A stretch of 64,000 nt of DNA from Stegostoma tigrinum (taxonomy: Eukaryota), in the NCBI RefSeq assembly GCF_030684315.1, contig NC_081377.1, forward strand, positions 10,664,001-10,728,000, written 5' to 3'. Each line of letters begins with the position of its first letter. Positions within the stretch are counted from its first letter, which is position 1. The position numbers and the translations under genes were made by a program. Under the pieces are notes generated by a model. That model was not told the origin of the DNA and searched no databases. It worked only from the letters and a program-made list of their open reading frames with translations. Below are positions 12,120 to 24,925 of this stretch, one piece after another.

Positions 12120-13247
12120 AATATAGCAGCCTTCACATTAATCCCAAAATACTTTATAGACAAGCAAATACCTTTTCAGTGTGGGTTCTTTTGTGAGAAA
12201 AGACTGATAGCAAATCTGCATACAGTGAAGAAACATAAGCAGCAACTTGGTAACAATGCAGGTTAAGGGATAAATTTGGGAGAGAACATCTCTTCTCCTC
12301 TTCAAATAGTACTGTGGAATCCTTTATCTTAACTGGCAGGGCAGAAAGGTTTAGAATCCAATCTGAAAAACAGCACCTCCATGAACATGCTGCGTCAAGC
12401 ACAGATTCATGGAGGCCGTTGCACAAGTCGAGTTTGGGCCCAGCACAAGACCCAAGGCAGCAGCTGTATCTGTGAGGTGGACCTGAAGCAGGCTCATGAT
12501 GAGCTTTGGGCTGGAGCTGTGCCCAGCAGCATCGATGGCATCTGCATTGGCGAGGTAGCAGGACTCATCGTGGTGAAGGTGTTGGTGGAAGTGAGATGAC
12601 ACTGAAGAATGGCAACTTTCATTCTAGCAACAGCAGCATAGCAAAGGGATTTGGGCCCGGCCACCAGGCCCATAGCCCATCGCTTATCATGGTACACTCA
12701 ACAAGAAGGGCTGTGAAGTTGAACAATTCTCTTTATTTCTTTATTTATTGCCTTTTTTTTCTGGCAGAAGATACAGAAGCCTGGACATCTGCACAAGCAG
12801 GTTCAGGAACAGCTTCTTTCTGGCCATTATCAAACTGTTGAATGGACTCTAGCTTCAAGTAATGCTACTTGTATGCCTCTAAGTCTTTTTGATCTGTACA
12901 TCCCTTGCTTGCTGTGATCTACCTGTACCACATGCAAACAAAGCTTTTCACTGTATTTTGGTACACTTGACAATAAATCAATCAATCAATTGATTTATAT
13001 TCTATGTTTTGGTTTATTTTTCTGTGTTTTAAGATGGCGCCACCGTGGCTCTACAACACATTTAACTGTGTTCTGTAGCAAAATACATGTGATAATAAAT
13101 AAATCAAATCAAATGTAATCTAACAAAACACTTCTTCAGTTTGGGGGTTACTGACTACATTACTTTATCAAGCCTCTTGAGTTGACTATGAAACCATGTC
13201 TTCTGGCTTAGAGATCCATGTTCTACCAACCGAACCAGAGCTGACAA
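12120..13247 (-). mobile_element. Deu-domain SINE (SacSINE1-like) split by a ~720-bp insertion
   Basis: tRNA-like head on minus at 13125-13247 (tgtcagctctggttcggttggtag..). Deu-domain-like ggaggtgctgtttttcagat..aaaggattccacagtactatttgaagagg on minus at 12260-12385. Confidence 0.6.
12393..13113 (+). mobile_element. Composite insertion containing a Rex1/Babar-like LINE 3' end
   Basis: TSRFRNSFFLAIIKLLNG (~12792-12845) is typical of Rex1-type C-termini. Tails aataaa(tcaa)n at ~12972-12990 and (tcaaa)n at ~13100-13113. Confidence 0.55.
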
Positions 13248-13392
13248 ATGTAATTATAGAGTCAGGCGTCTAAATAGCTCATGCATACTCCATCCCTTCA
13301 GATTGTTAATCAGTTCAGATTGCAAAGAAGGCTTGGTATGGGTGGAACTTGTTGCTACACCTGAACGAATGCTTAGGTTCTATGGATGAAAG

Positions 13393-13565
13393 CTTGTGTA
13401 GTTGTTCACAGAATCTTGTGTAGTTGTTCACAGAATCTTGTGTAGTTGTTCACAGAATCTTGTGTAGTTGTTCACAGAATCTTGTGTAGTTGTTCACAGA
13501 ATCTTGTGTAGTTGTTCACAGAATCTTGTGTAGTTGTTCACAGAATCTTGTGTAGTTGTTCACAG
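13393..13565. repeat. Perfect 22-bp minisatellite, ~7.9 copies (cttgtgtagttgttcacagaat)
   Basis: Seven identical units plus a 19-bp partial unit. Confidence 0.95.
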
Positions 13566-14759
13566 TGGCTGACAATTTGTGAACATATATCACTACTGAT
13601 GAAAGCTTTAGAAATAGAAACCATGAATTTTACATCAAAAATCTGCCTCAAGAATTCTTTCAGTATGCAACCTTTATATACCAATGTATAAAATATTGAG
13701 ACTTTGTTTAGCAGTGACTGAGATACCTCTGAGGAAGATCAGGTGAGTTGAAAGTTCTTTATGTTTTCTACTGGAAGGGGTTCATTTAAAGATGAATACC
13801 TCCTCTGTCCAACCTGGGAATGTGGGCAAAAGTTTCAAAAACTTTTACAGTTAAAAAAAAGGTTTCTTAAAGCAAAAGTGCATTTACAAGCGTAATATCA
13901 CAAGCCTTTCACAAAGGGCTGTCTAGAAAGTAGATATGCTGATGAAAAGGAACATTGCTTTGAAAAAAAAATCCAAAGGAAGCCATTTATAAAAATCCCA
14001 GGGAAAACATTTGCCCCTGCTTTTAACAAGTCAGACTCAGGAAGTGTTTACAATGATGCATTGAATCCAATTCTGGAATCCATCTTTGTTTCGCCAATTT
14101 TAGGTAAGAATGTGGCTAACCAGCCTAAATGCAGCATTCCCACGCTTGCCAGCTCCAATGGGGGCATGAATCTTTCAGCCCTTCTTTATAACGTTTCTTA
14201 GTAGGGTTCCTTCTTTAAGTAATTTTAGTTCATTGCATCTCAGAGGATTGTGAACCATGGAGGAAGTCTAGTCTCAAATCATCAACTGAACAAAATAATA
14301 TTCTAACATTTCCATCAAAATACATTGATTCTCTTAACTTCTCATAAATCCACCAATGAAACACAACCATTCAAGGTATTAATCTTAGACATCTTCCTCC
14401 ACTTCACATCTTATAATCGCAATGTTTAAATAAACATACAGGCAGTAAAGAGAATCTGTACAAAAACAATACATTATTACACGTACAGAGGTATCAATCA
14501 AACAGATGTATCCCTTCAATCTACAGCTATTTAAACATGGCTTGTTGAGATCAAAGTGGATCATGTATTCATTGATCTCAACCAAAAAGTCATAACAAAG
14601 CGATCTGCATATGTTCATACAGTTACAATAAAAATTAAAGCAGATGAGCCAGCCAAGCAGAGATGGACTCATTGGTGACATTTATGTTGGGGTGTAGACA
14701 GCTTCTGTTAGTGATCTATCCCATTAACACTGCTTTTTCAGATGTGGACGGATACACAT

Positions 14760-15365
14760 TGTGACAATGCCATGGCTTTAAGCGGTATATTTTGTCCTGG
14801 GTTACTTTTTTTGAAGAGAGGTTTTGAGCCATAGGTGCTAAACTGTTTTCTCCAAACTAATAAAGTGAACAATTTGTGAGGCTTTTTAAAACAAAAATTA
14901 GAATAACAAAATCAACACGAATGGAAGGAGTCAAGTTCCCACAGAGCCAGGGATTTACTTTAGCTTTCAGCTGTCTTTGGGGTTTTGAAACTGCCATATA
15001 TCTCACCCTGCAGCAACAAAATTCATGAGTTCTCTCTCTCTCTCTCTCAATGTTCTTTCCCTCTTGACTAGAGAAACATTGCAGGTGAGATGATTTATTT
15101 TATTGAATTTGCCTTTACCAAGAGTGTGTTTATAGGATGTTACAATTTTGGAACAGTTACTGTTTAGTTGTTAAGTTTTCTAATAGAGTTAATGTTAGAC
15201 CAATTTCTCTTTCTTTTGTTTGTATTTAACTGTAGGGTAAGAATAAATTATGTTTTGCTTAAGGCTGAGTAGTGTAATCGATTGAATTACATCTAGAACA
15301 CAGCACTGTACACTAGACTATTTCTTTGATATATTTGAAGGTGTTTGGTCTGATCCATGATAACA
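14760..15365 (+). mobile_element. Solo LTR
   Basis: TGTGACAATGC...GATAACA termini, internal AATAAA, and ends homologous to 4869-5454. Confidence 0.6.
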
Positions 15366-16059
15366 TTATTTCCAGAATTTGCAAATTACCTTTTCTTCCT
15401 GTCCATCTGACTTTAGTTCATCTCCTTTAGATCACATTTGTAGTATGTTCAGTATTAGTAGAGATGCTTCCGTGAAATTAGTAACAATAATAGGGATGCT
15501 GCTGTGAAAAACTTATACCATTCTTTGGAATGGGTCATGCTGTGAATAAGAAAGTAATGCTTCAAAAGCAGATAGCTGTCCAAAGTCTCTCCACAGAATC
15601 TTCAGCACACGAGTAAAATTATACAGCGAATGAACTTGCATAAACCTCACATGATTCCATTACTGTGACGACCAGCTGCTTTTCAGGTGAGTGATGTTAG
15701 CTTATTGCCTTGAGAAATACCACAATACCCAACAGAATTGGAAGAGTGAGCCGAAATCACTTCTTAAAGCATTCAACACAGGACCATTTAAGTGTCAAAA
15801 ATATTCCCCATTTACAATCTTCATCTTATTTTGTGAAACTAGAAATGCTTGATTGTTTCCATATCTTTTTATACCAATTAATGTGCAATCCACAACCCTT
15901 AATGTGTTTTCATTTAATGTAATACTTTAATTAACAAAATAAGAAGAAATGTGGTATTTGTAGCAAAGAGGAGCTTCAATGATATTCTGTGCAACTTTAG
16001 CATTCATGCTTTATGGAGCTCTTTCTCAGCAGGCTGGAACAGAACCTAAGGCTCATTTC

Positions 16060-17775
16060 TCACAACAGTTTCAGCGTACAGAAGATCGGAGATACAAAAA
16101 TGAAGCTAAAATGTGATTTGGCAAAAGTAGACTGGTCGCTGCTGCTTGAAAGGAAATAAGTCTCAGTGCAGTGAGAGGCATTTAAGCAGGAGCTAGAGAG
16201 AGTTAGGAATAAATACGTTCCACAAGGTAAAAGGTCGACGATCACAATTCAAGAACCACAATCCTCCTTTCCCTCCCCTTCCTGCCCCTATTTAATCTCA
16301 TTGTCCTGATGGAGTAGGATGGAAAATTTAAAAAAAAGCTTATCACAAATGTCAAGACCTCAATCTTGTACAAAGCGAAGAATGGTGCAAAACATGCAGG
16401 AGTTGAGTTAAAATTGAAATGAGGAAATCAAATGGAGGAATACGAAAAGATTGTCAAATAAAATCAAGCGAAATTCAAAGTAATTTCATACCTACAAAAA
16501 ATCAGGAAGATCAGGAAGGAAAAATTGGAGCCAATTTAAGACCAATAATGAAACATATGGGTTTGTATGATTTACGTGTGGTTCTTAATGAATACTTTGC
16601 ATCTGATTTTCCAAAAGGGACGATTCTTTGTTGAGAAGAAAGGGTGTAAAAGATTGCTTTTTAAAAATAAAAGGAGTGGGAAATACCAATGCAGGTAGTA
16701 CCATAAGTCACCAGTCTCAGATGAAATGTATCCCGAGCTGCGATGGGAATCATGGGAATAAATAATGAATGATCTCTGAGTGTCATTTCCAATCTTCTCT
16801 GGTTATTAAATAATTCCTGAGTTACTACTAATACTTTACCATCAATCTAAATGAGAGAATGACATAGCCTTTCAGTCTACTTTTAGTTGTGAGCATATTA
16901 TTGGAAAAATTTAAAATAGAGAAGCATGAGCTAATCAGGATAGTCAGCATTCAGTTATTCAAGGAAGGTCATGTTTGACTAATGAGACTGATTTTTTGAG
17001 GAAATTCAACAAAGCTAGCAGGCTTAACGCAATATATATAGATTTCAGCAGGACTTTGTTACCAATAGCAGACAAAGCAGTAAATTAAAGATACATAGGA
17101 TTTACTAAGAGAAGGTGGTAAGCTAGATCCAAAATTAGCTCAGTGGAAAGAAGCTAAAGGTTATATTGATGGGTGTTTCTATGACTGAAAGGAATTATTC
17201 TTTTGCTCAATATGCATTCATAAAACAGTTTTCTGTTGTCCTTGATTTTTCTCACCAGCATCTTTCCACGTCCCCTTTACTTTTTCCTCGTTTTCCAGTG
17301 AGGATCGGCAAATGCTCACTTCTGGGTCTCTTATTGTTTTTGTAGTGTATGTCAATGGCTTATATTTAAAACTGTTGGATATAAACAAGAAATTTGCAAA
17401 AGCTACAAATATTGATCATGTGAATGATAATAAGGAATAAAATTGTAGACACCTGGAAGGTACGAATGGATTGGTGGGTTGAAAAGTGGAAAATAAAATT
17501 TAATCCACAGAAATATGAGACATAGGAATACACAATTACAATGGAATTGTGAAAAATGTGGAGGAATAAAATAACCTTGGAGGCTATGTATACTATATCC
17601 CTGAAAATAGTGGGACAGATCAAGATGACCATCAAGACGACTGCTAGAACAAGGAAGTGATACTGAACTGCACAAAATGTTAGGTAGACCCAGTAGTCTG
17701 TGTGTCATTCAAGTCAACATATTGCCAGAAAGATGAGATCACACTCGAGAGGGTGCAGAAGAGATTCTCAATGAT
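16060..17775 (+). mobile_element. Highly decayed CR1 LINE ORF2
   Basis: Remnants LAKVDW, VLNEYFASDF, KSPVSDEMYP, EKHELIRDSQH..GRSCLTN, YIDFSRTL and LERVQKRF. Confidence 0.7.
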
Positions 17776-17779
17776 GATA

Positions 17780-17878
17780 AATAACAGAAATTGATGGAGA
17801 AATTCAGCAGGTCTGGTAGCATCTGTGGAGAGAAAGCAGAATTAAGGTTTTGAGTCCAGCGGCCCATCTTCTTCTGAT
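17780..17878 (-). mobile_element. Decayed PLE terminal fragment (family C)
   Basis: cagcaggtctggtagcatctgtggagagaaagcagaattaa resembles the 51412-51545 terminus in antisense. Confidence 0.6.
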
Positions 17879-18115
17879 TTCTTCAGGATAAAGAATGAGA
17901 CTGGTGAAGGAATATGATTATAAAATTCATGAACTAATTTAATTGAATTATGTTTCAAATCACAGGAACATGACTGCTATATCATTAGCCAACAGGTAGG
18001 CAAATAACACCATACAGGGCCTATCAATCTGAAGAAAACATAGGAACTGATGTTTTCAATTCTGTTTTCAATCTCAGTTTATAAATATCCCAAAGAAACT
18101 GAGTCTCCCAAAGCC

Positions 18116-18316
18116 AGAGATAATGGGAACTGCAGATGCTGGAGATTCCAAGATGATAAAATGTGAGGCTGGATGAACACAGCAGGCCAAGCAGCATCTC
18201 AGGAGCACAAAAGCTGACGTTCTCTGATGAAGGGTCTAGGCCCGAAACGTCAGCTTTTGTGCTCCTGAGATGCTGCTTGGCCTGCTGTGTTCATCCAGCC
18301 TCACATTTTATCATCT
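18116..18316. mobile_element. Perfect fold-back PLE mini-element
   Basis: 71-bp perfect inverted arms (18151-18221, 18246-18316) and a 14-bp direct repeat tctcccaaagccag (18104-18117, 18314-18327). Confidence 0.9.
18220..18255 (+). ncRNA. Minimal type I hammerhead ribozyme motif
   Basis: CUGAUGA-A-[GGGU CUAG GCCC]-GAAAC-GUC. Predicted cleavage after 18251. Activity untested. Confidence 0.7.
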
Positions 18317-20717
18317 CCCAAAGCCAGTCCATTTAAACTACAGGCTAATGATCTCTTTAATCTCACTGTCTTAACCTATGAAATCAAAAGTTTTTGCATC
18401 TAATTGTATGAATAAGATCCACGAAGCTGAATTGTTCACATAGTCCCCAGTCTTCCCCTACAATCCTTACCTTAGTCCACACTAAGAGTCCCAGTCTCTT
18501 TTACCCTCGCCTACTGTCTATAACTTGACAAGGAACCTAAAAATGATTTTATGCTCTCTGAAGAACACTCACGATAACTTAATCTCTTTCTTTACACTGG
18601 TTACTGCTGATCAAACAACCTAAGGAAAAGATATAATATTTTATGTCTTGCCGAATGTATCACCAAGGAACAAAAGAAAGATATGTCTTTTGCATGCCCT
18701 TCAGCAAATGTGTTCAAAACTTATATCAATCATAGGTTGATTATTCCCTGCATGGTCAGTCTGTGATAGTCAGGACATCATCTTTCATGAAGAAAGCCCC
18801 TATAAACTTTCTTCAAAATGTCGGTATTAATTATTATAAGACATCCAAACTGTCCACATGTTGAAAAGCATTGTACAGGCACACCTTTGCACTGTTTCAA
18901 GAGTTCCCACTCCCTTCGCTGCAATGACAACCTCACAAAATCAAAAGAATTTTCAAACTTTCCTGAATGAGATTTTTCGGGTGAGTTTTGCGATAATCTT
19001 AGGAATGTTGCCGTTGGAAAGTCTGCAATATAATCTTGACTCATACTTAGCCTTATAATTTTATGTTGTGGGTCATATACTTAGTCCATGTCCTGCCCTA
19101 AGATTGCATTTCTGTTTAAGTGCTTGCCCACAGAAGTGAACTATTACATATTTTTTCCATTCAATTTACAAAGATCAAACTTGCAGACTTAGTGACAAAC
19201 TTCACTTAACTCCACTGTGTCAAATATACATCATCACAGCATGAAAAGCATAACCACAGTCAGGCTGTGCAACTGAAAAATATGCAATTGCATTATCATT
19301 TACTTCAGGCTTCCCAGAAGGAATAACTACTAAAACTTGCAAATAACACATGCTGGCCTGGCTCATCTCATATACTCCAGAAGAGAGCTTCAATGTGACC
19401 ACTATATTCATTTCCAAGAATTGCTAATTTATTACTGTTTATTTTCTCTCTGGATTTTCAATTCATATTACACCCTTGAGTGCTATAAATCTTCACTGTG
19501 CTTCATTGGGTTAGAACAATTCTGTTTTCTGTTTTGGGATATGGATTCAAATTCAGTTCAAACAGAGAGGATGAAAAACAGCTTTTCTTTCATTGGCCAA
19601 ATTTAAGAGTCTTCAAATCCATTGCTGATGGGCACTTCTCCACACCAGAAATGTACCCATAATTCAAAATAATTAGGACAAAATTAGCATCATCAATCAG
19701 CCGACTGGTATGGGAAATTAAATCTCATCAGTGCAGCACAAGATGGTACTTAACAGATTGTTGTTGCTGTTCAGGGTGTTCTTATGCAGTGAGGGTTAGG
19801 GCACAATTTTGGCACAAGTTGGACAACAGAACCTTGTCTCATCTGGTGTGTGGTTTGTTTGAAGGGTTGAACACAGTGTTGAGACAAATACTGTTGACTA
19901 AGGCAAAAAAAAAACAAGTCAGACCAACAGCCATTTGCAGGTTTTTGTTTTAGATCCATGCAGGCATACGGTGCTGGACAGCATCCTTTTTTGAAGTGTA
20001 ATTTCATGCTTTTTTGACAGTTTCTGCTGTCTGTAGTTAAGTAGGTCATTCAAATCTAATAAATAGTTCAGTTTCACGTGGCACAGACCAAAGACTGAAA
20101 GGCATGCTAGTTGTTAAAGAGGCTGCATATTGCTGAAGTAAGTGTTCTAATGTTCTGATGTAAACGTTCATTAATGAGGTTGATTGGTGTAGGGCTACTC
20201 CTAGTAAAAGCCTAACATTTTATAGCATCTAAAGTGCTGCATCTTCTTGTGTGGGAACTATACAGTTCAACTGAAATGGTGAATAGTAGTGTTCATGCCC
20301 AAAGACACTGTAAAATTAAGATCCTAACATAATTGACATGAGCAAGCTGATGAAATGCAATCAAATTAATATTGGCCACTAATAATTAGGCAATGTTTCT
20401 TTACTCACTCTTGAAACAAAAACTGTTGTGATGCAGCTAAGGCTTGTACTCAGACAGCAAAAGCCTTACAATTTAAAATGCTAGCCTGTGCTCCTTTCAG
20501 TTACTCACTGGAAGTTTGGTTACGTTTTTAAAAATTTTTGGTCCCTGCAGATGTCTACTAGTATTCAAATGGGGGCATTAACTGAATGCTTGCCTGTACG
20601 CAAATATATAGGAACTAATTTATTGGTAGAGATGAATAATGTACCATGCATATTTCTGTCAATATAAGTTTTGAAATGAATTAAGTTCCAATGTGGCACT
20701 CTTCACTGCAACCTGCC

Positions 20718-20840
20718 CTGATGAAGGGTGTGAACCTGAAATGTCGGCTTTCCTGCTCCTCTGATGCTGTCTGATCTGCTGTGTTCCTTCAGCTCCACAC
20801 TGTATTGACTGTGGCTCCAACATCTGCAGTTCTTGGTATC
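20718..20840 (+). mobile_element. PLE terminal fragment with decayed hammerhead
   Basis: ctgatgaagggtgtgaacctgaaatgtc followed by the PLE terminus. Confidence 0.7.
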
Positions 20841-21250
20841 GTCAAGTATCTCATATGCCTTCTTAACCATCCCTCCTTCACCTGTTGTGTTGCTTTCAAA
20901 AATGTATGTACCTGCACACCAAGGTCCTGCTGATCTTCAGTACTACCTGGGGTCCTACAATTCATCATGTATTTCTTTGTCTTGTTAGCCTTCCTAAAAT
21001 GCATCATTTCACACCTTTTGGAATAAAACTCTATTTGTCACTGCTCTGTCCATCTGACTAAGAAATATCTTTCTGTAGTCTAAAACTTTCCTCCTTGCTA
21101 TTTGCTACACCACAAATATTTGTTTCATTTGTGAACTTACTGGCAAAATCTCCTAATTTTGTGTGTAGATCATTAATGTACATTATAAAAAAAACAATGG
21201 AATTGAAACATTGGTACACCGCTGGACAAAAGTTTCCAGTCACAAAAATA
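20841..21250 (-). mobile_element. CR1 RT fragment
   Basis: FIMYINDL..SKFTNETNICG..RLQKDI and MHFRKAN..QDLGVQVH on the minus strand. Confidence 0.8.
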
Positions 21251-21589
21251 ACTTGCTGCCATCATCCTCAGCTTATACCTGAAACACCTTTTTGTTTAAA
21301 GTTGCTTCTTTTCAATATTTTCTACCACTTTACCTTGACCAGAATCCTCCATTGTTCGGTTCTAACCAGCCACCTTCCCTTTGATAAATTCAACTTTACA
21401 TTGTTCCTTGCACTTCTCCATTACTAATGTAAACCTTATAACGTAAGTATTACTCTTACCCAAGTGTTTCCCACAGTCAGGTGGTCCATTTTGCCCACCT
21501 CCTTCCTCAGCAACAGATCCACTAATGACCATTATGTGGCATGGTTGTAATTTTCTTGTAACTCTCAAGTTTGGGCACTTGAGAATTAC

Positions 21590-22230
21590 AAGTTAGCCAG
21601 GAAGGACCTAAAGAAAGAGCTAAGAAGAGCCAGGAGGGGACATGAGAAGTCTTTGGCAGTTAGGTCATTTTGTAGCTGTATAAAACTCTGGTGCAGCTGC
21701 ATATGGAGTATTGCGTACAGTTCTGGTCACCACTTTATTGGTAGGATGTGGAAGCATTGGAACAAGTGCTGAGAAAATTTACCAGGATGTTGCCTGGTAT
21801 GGAGGGAAGGTCTTATGAGGAAAGGCTGAGGGACTTGAGGCTGTTTTTGTTAGAGAGAAGAAGGTTAAGAGGCGACTTAATCGAGACATACAAGATAATC
21901 GGAGGCTTAGATAGGGCGGACACTGAGATGCTTTTCCTCAGAAGGGATGGCTAGCATGAGGGGACATAGCTTTAAATTGAGGGATGATAGACATAGGACA
22001 GAAGTCAGAGGTAGGTTCTTTACTCAGAGAGTAGTGAGGGTGTGGAATGCCCTGCCTGCAATGGTAGTAGACTCACCAACTTTAAGGGCATTGAAATGGT
22101 CATTGGATAAACATATAGATGCTAGCAGAATAGTGTAGGTTAGATGGGTGTCAGACAGGCTTCACAGGTCGGTCCAACATCGAGGGCTGAAGGGCCTGTA
22201 CTGAGCTGTATTATGCTATATGCTCTATGT
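21590..22230 (+). mobile_element. CR1/HER1 3' portion with internal deletion
   Basis: LEQVLRKFTRMLPGMEGRSYEERLRDL..RGDLIETYKI..RGHSFKL..FFTQRVVRVWNALP, then 3'UTR ending in tatgctc repeats. Confidence 0.9.
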
Positions 22231-22373
22231 TCTTTGGTTTGTAATTTTCCAGATCCACTAGGCTATCAGTTTCAATCTCAACATTCTAGGAAACCGACAA
22301 AAATCCAGCATCCGCATGTTTCTTGCATAGGTCAAGGAGTTTCTGCTGAACACAATAGCTCTGTTTTGACATA

Positions 22374-23296
22374 AGATAATAAAGCGTGAAGCTAGATGAA
22401 CACAGCAGGCCAAGTAGCATCTCAGGAGCACAAAAGCTGACGTTTCGGGCCTAGGCCCTTCATCAGAGAGGGGGATGGGGTGAGGGTTCTGGAATAAATA
22501 GGGAGAGAGGGGGAGGCGGACCGAAGATGGAGAGAAAAGAAGATAGGTGGAGAGGAGAATCTATGTGGGGAGGTAGGGACGGGGCAGGTGAGTCCAGGGA
22601 GGACGGACAGGTCAAGGAGGCGGGATGAGGTTAGTAGGTAGGAAATGGAGGTGCAGCTTGAGGTGGGAGGAGGGGATAGGTGAGAGGAAGGACAGGTTAG
22701 GGAGGTGGGGACAAGCTGGGCGGGTTTTGGGATGCAGTAGGGGGAGGGGACGAGTTGGGCTGGTTTTGGGATGCAGTGGGGGAAGGGGAGATTTTGAAGC
22801 TTGTGAAGTCCACATTGATACCATTGGGCTGCAGGGTTCCCAAGCAGAACCCTGCAGCCCAATGGTATCAATGCGGACTTCACAAGCTTCAAAATCTCCC
22901 CTTCCCCCACTGCATCCCAAAACCAGCCCAGCTTGTCCCTGCCTCTCTAACCTGTTCTTCCTCTCACCTATCCCCTCCTCCCACCTCCATTTCCTACCTA
23001 CTAACCTCATCCGGCCTCCTTGACCTGTCTGTCCTTCTTGGACTGACCTATCCCCTCCCAACCTCCCCACCTATACTCTCCTCTCCACCTATCTTCTTTT
23101 CTTTCAATCTTCGGTTCGCCTCCCCCTCTCTCCCTATTTATTCCAGAACCCTCTCCCCATCCCCCTCTCTGATGAAGGGCCTAGGCCCGAAATGTTAGCT
23201 TTTGTGCTCCTGAGATGCTGTTTGGCCTGCTGTGTTCATCCAGCCTCACACTTTGTTATCTTGGATTCTCCAGCATCTGCAGTTCCCATTATCTCT
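22374..23296. mobile_element. Large inverted (head-to-head) PLE 3'-end pair
   Basis: ~450-bp arms around a 7-nt spacer (22840-22846). Each arm encodes the GIY-YIG C-terminus TLQPNGINxDFTSFK, a 3'UTR and a hammerhead motif. Confidence 0.9.
22434..22470 (-). ncRNA. Minimal hammerhead ribozyme motif (intact core)
   Basis: CUGAUGA-A-GGGCCUAGGCCC-GAAAC-GUC. Stem II is a perfect 12-nt palindrome. Confidence 0.7.
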
Positions 23297-24925
23297 CATT
23301 AGCTGTTTTGATGGCCTATTTTTTGATGAGGTGTGAATCACATTAATATTTTTAAATGCCTGATTATGCAAATAGCTGGAGCTTCAAACAAAGATCATAG
23401 ACAAAATTCTTGTTCTAGCATTTATTCTGCAAAATTGGTAACATTCTTTGAAATAATTTCCCTCTTTCTCCATCTTGTGGGAATGGAACCCTGAGTTTTC
23501 AGAAAACAGTGCACAATCTGTTTGCTCGAGGGTTATTTTAACTATTGAGTTAAATGCATGTAAGGACCTCTCATCCCTTTTCCACGACCCAAGCCCTCAG
23601 TGTGAATTTCCTGAAATGCCAAGATTGAAACCAATAACCTGATGGCTGTGGAAATTTACAATCCCGGCTATATAATAGTTGCACCTTTCCCTCTCCTTCT
23701 CTGCTAACCAAGGATCAAACCTCGGAACTTCTTTCCTTGTACAAGTCAGCTACTTATTGAATAATCTTGCTGAACACATTCATATTAATAGATTAAGAGT
23801 ACATTGCTTTGGCTTGCTTAAGAATGCCATCTGAAAATGAACCAACCTGCCAATTTTCAAAAGCTAATACATTTACTGAGAGCTGCCAGCATTTTCAGTC
23901 ATGTTGTATTTCCAAACTTCAGAGTTTGTCCTTCAATCTTCACTTTTACTGCTTCATTATGAATTCTCCACCTTGCATTAATATCTGATGGGCCTTTGCT
24001 AGTGAAGGAGATTTAATGCAAGTTGCAGCCTTCAGCAAAGATACAGTTTCGCGCCAATCAGGGCACTGATTAACCTAGCTTCAATCTCTCTCTTTTTCAT
24101 AACCTTGTACTTGATCAGGTGAGCAAGCTCTATTAATACACAGAAGGGAATAAAGCAAAAATAACACTCCTTTTTTTAAAGGAAAAATACTCAAGGGTTC
24201 ATACTAAGCATGTGTGAAAAATTACAAAGAGAAATAACTGTCATGAAGCAAGTTCACCAACGAACCCAAGTGAATGACTTGACCAGGGTGGACGAGAATG
24301 AAAAATTACTGTGTGCCCACAAATTCATGCCCAGAGACACTAAATACACTGGACATTTAGTACGTGTGGTTTTATTTCTAAAAATAAATCTACACAATTA
24401 TTTTGCACTCTGAGTATTGACATTTTCACTCACATTTGACACTGTAGGGCCTGGGCATGTTTCATTTTCAATTTACATCCCTACTTCTGTTGACTAAGAA
24501 GAAATTAAGCTGACTTCAGCAGTAGAAAGACTTTTAGAGAGGACGGATATCTCAGTATTCTAGCAGAGCATAAGTGTTCAATAGTCATAATCCTCTGAAG
24601 GTTGGGTTTTGACAGGCTAATCATATCCTCCATTGCACTTTCTCAGCTTCTACCATATGCCCACTTCCTCTGCATACTAATCCTTCACTTTCACACTCAT
24701 TACCCTGATTCCTCTCTCATGACTACATTTTTCCGCATTCACTCTGGCTTCCTCCATTTCCTCATCTACCTACCCTCTCCAACTTTCACTGCTTTCCTTC
24801 CTTCATTTCTCATTCAGATGTCCACTACTCATATCTGCTGCTCCTTCTACTGTCTCCAATTCCACTTTCACTGCCCTTCTCATAGTTCCCAATGGTCCTC
24901 TGAGATCCTGGTACTCTATGTGCAA

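Noticed and set aside
13393-13565. CRISPR-like array
   Set aside because: Contiguous tandem units without spacers, in a eukaryotic genome.
22422-23198. Four overlapping 130-160 aa ORFs
   Set aside because: They are mirror-image products of the PLE palindrome and its low-complexity 3'UTR.
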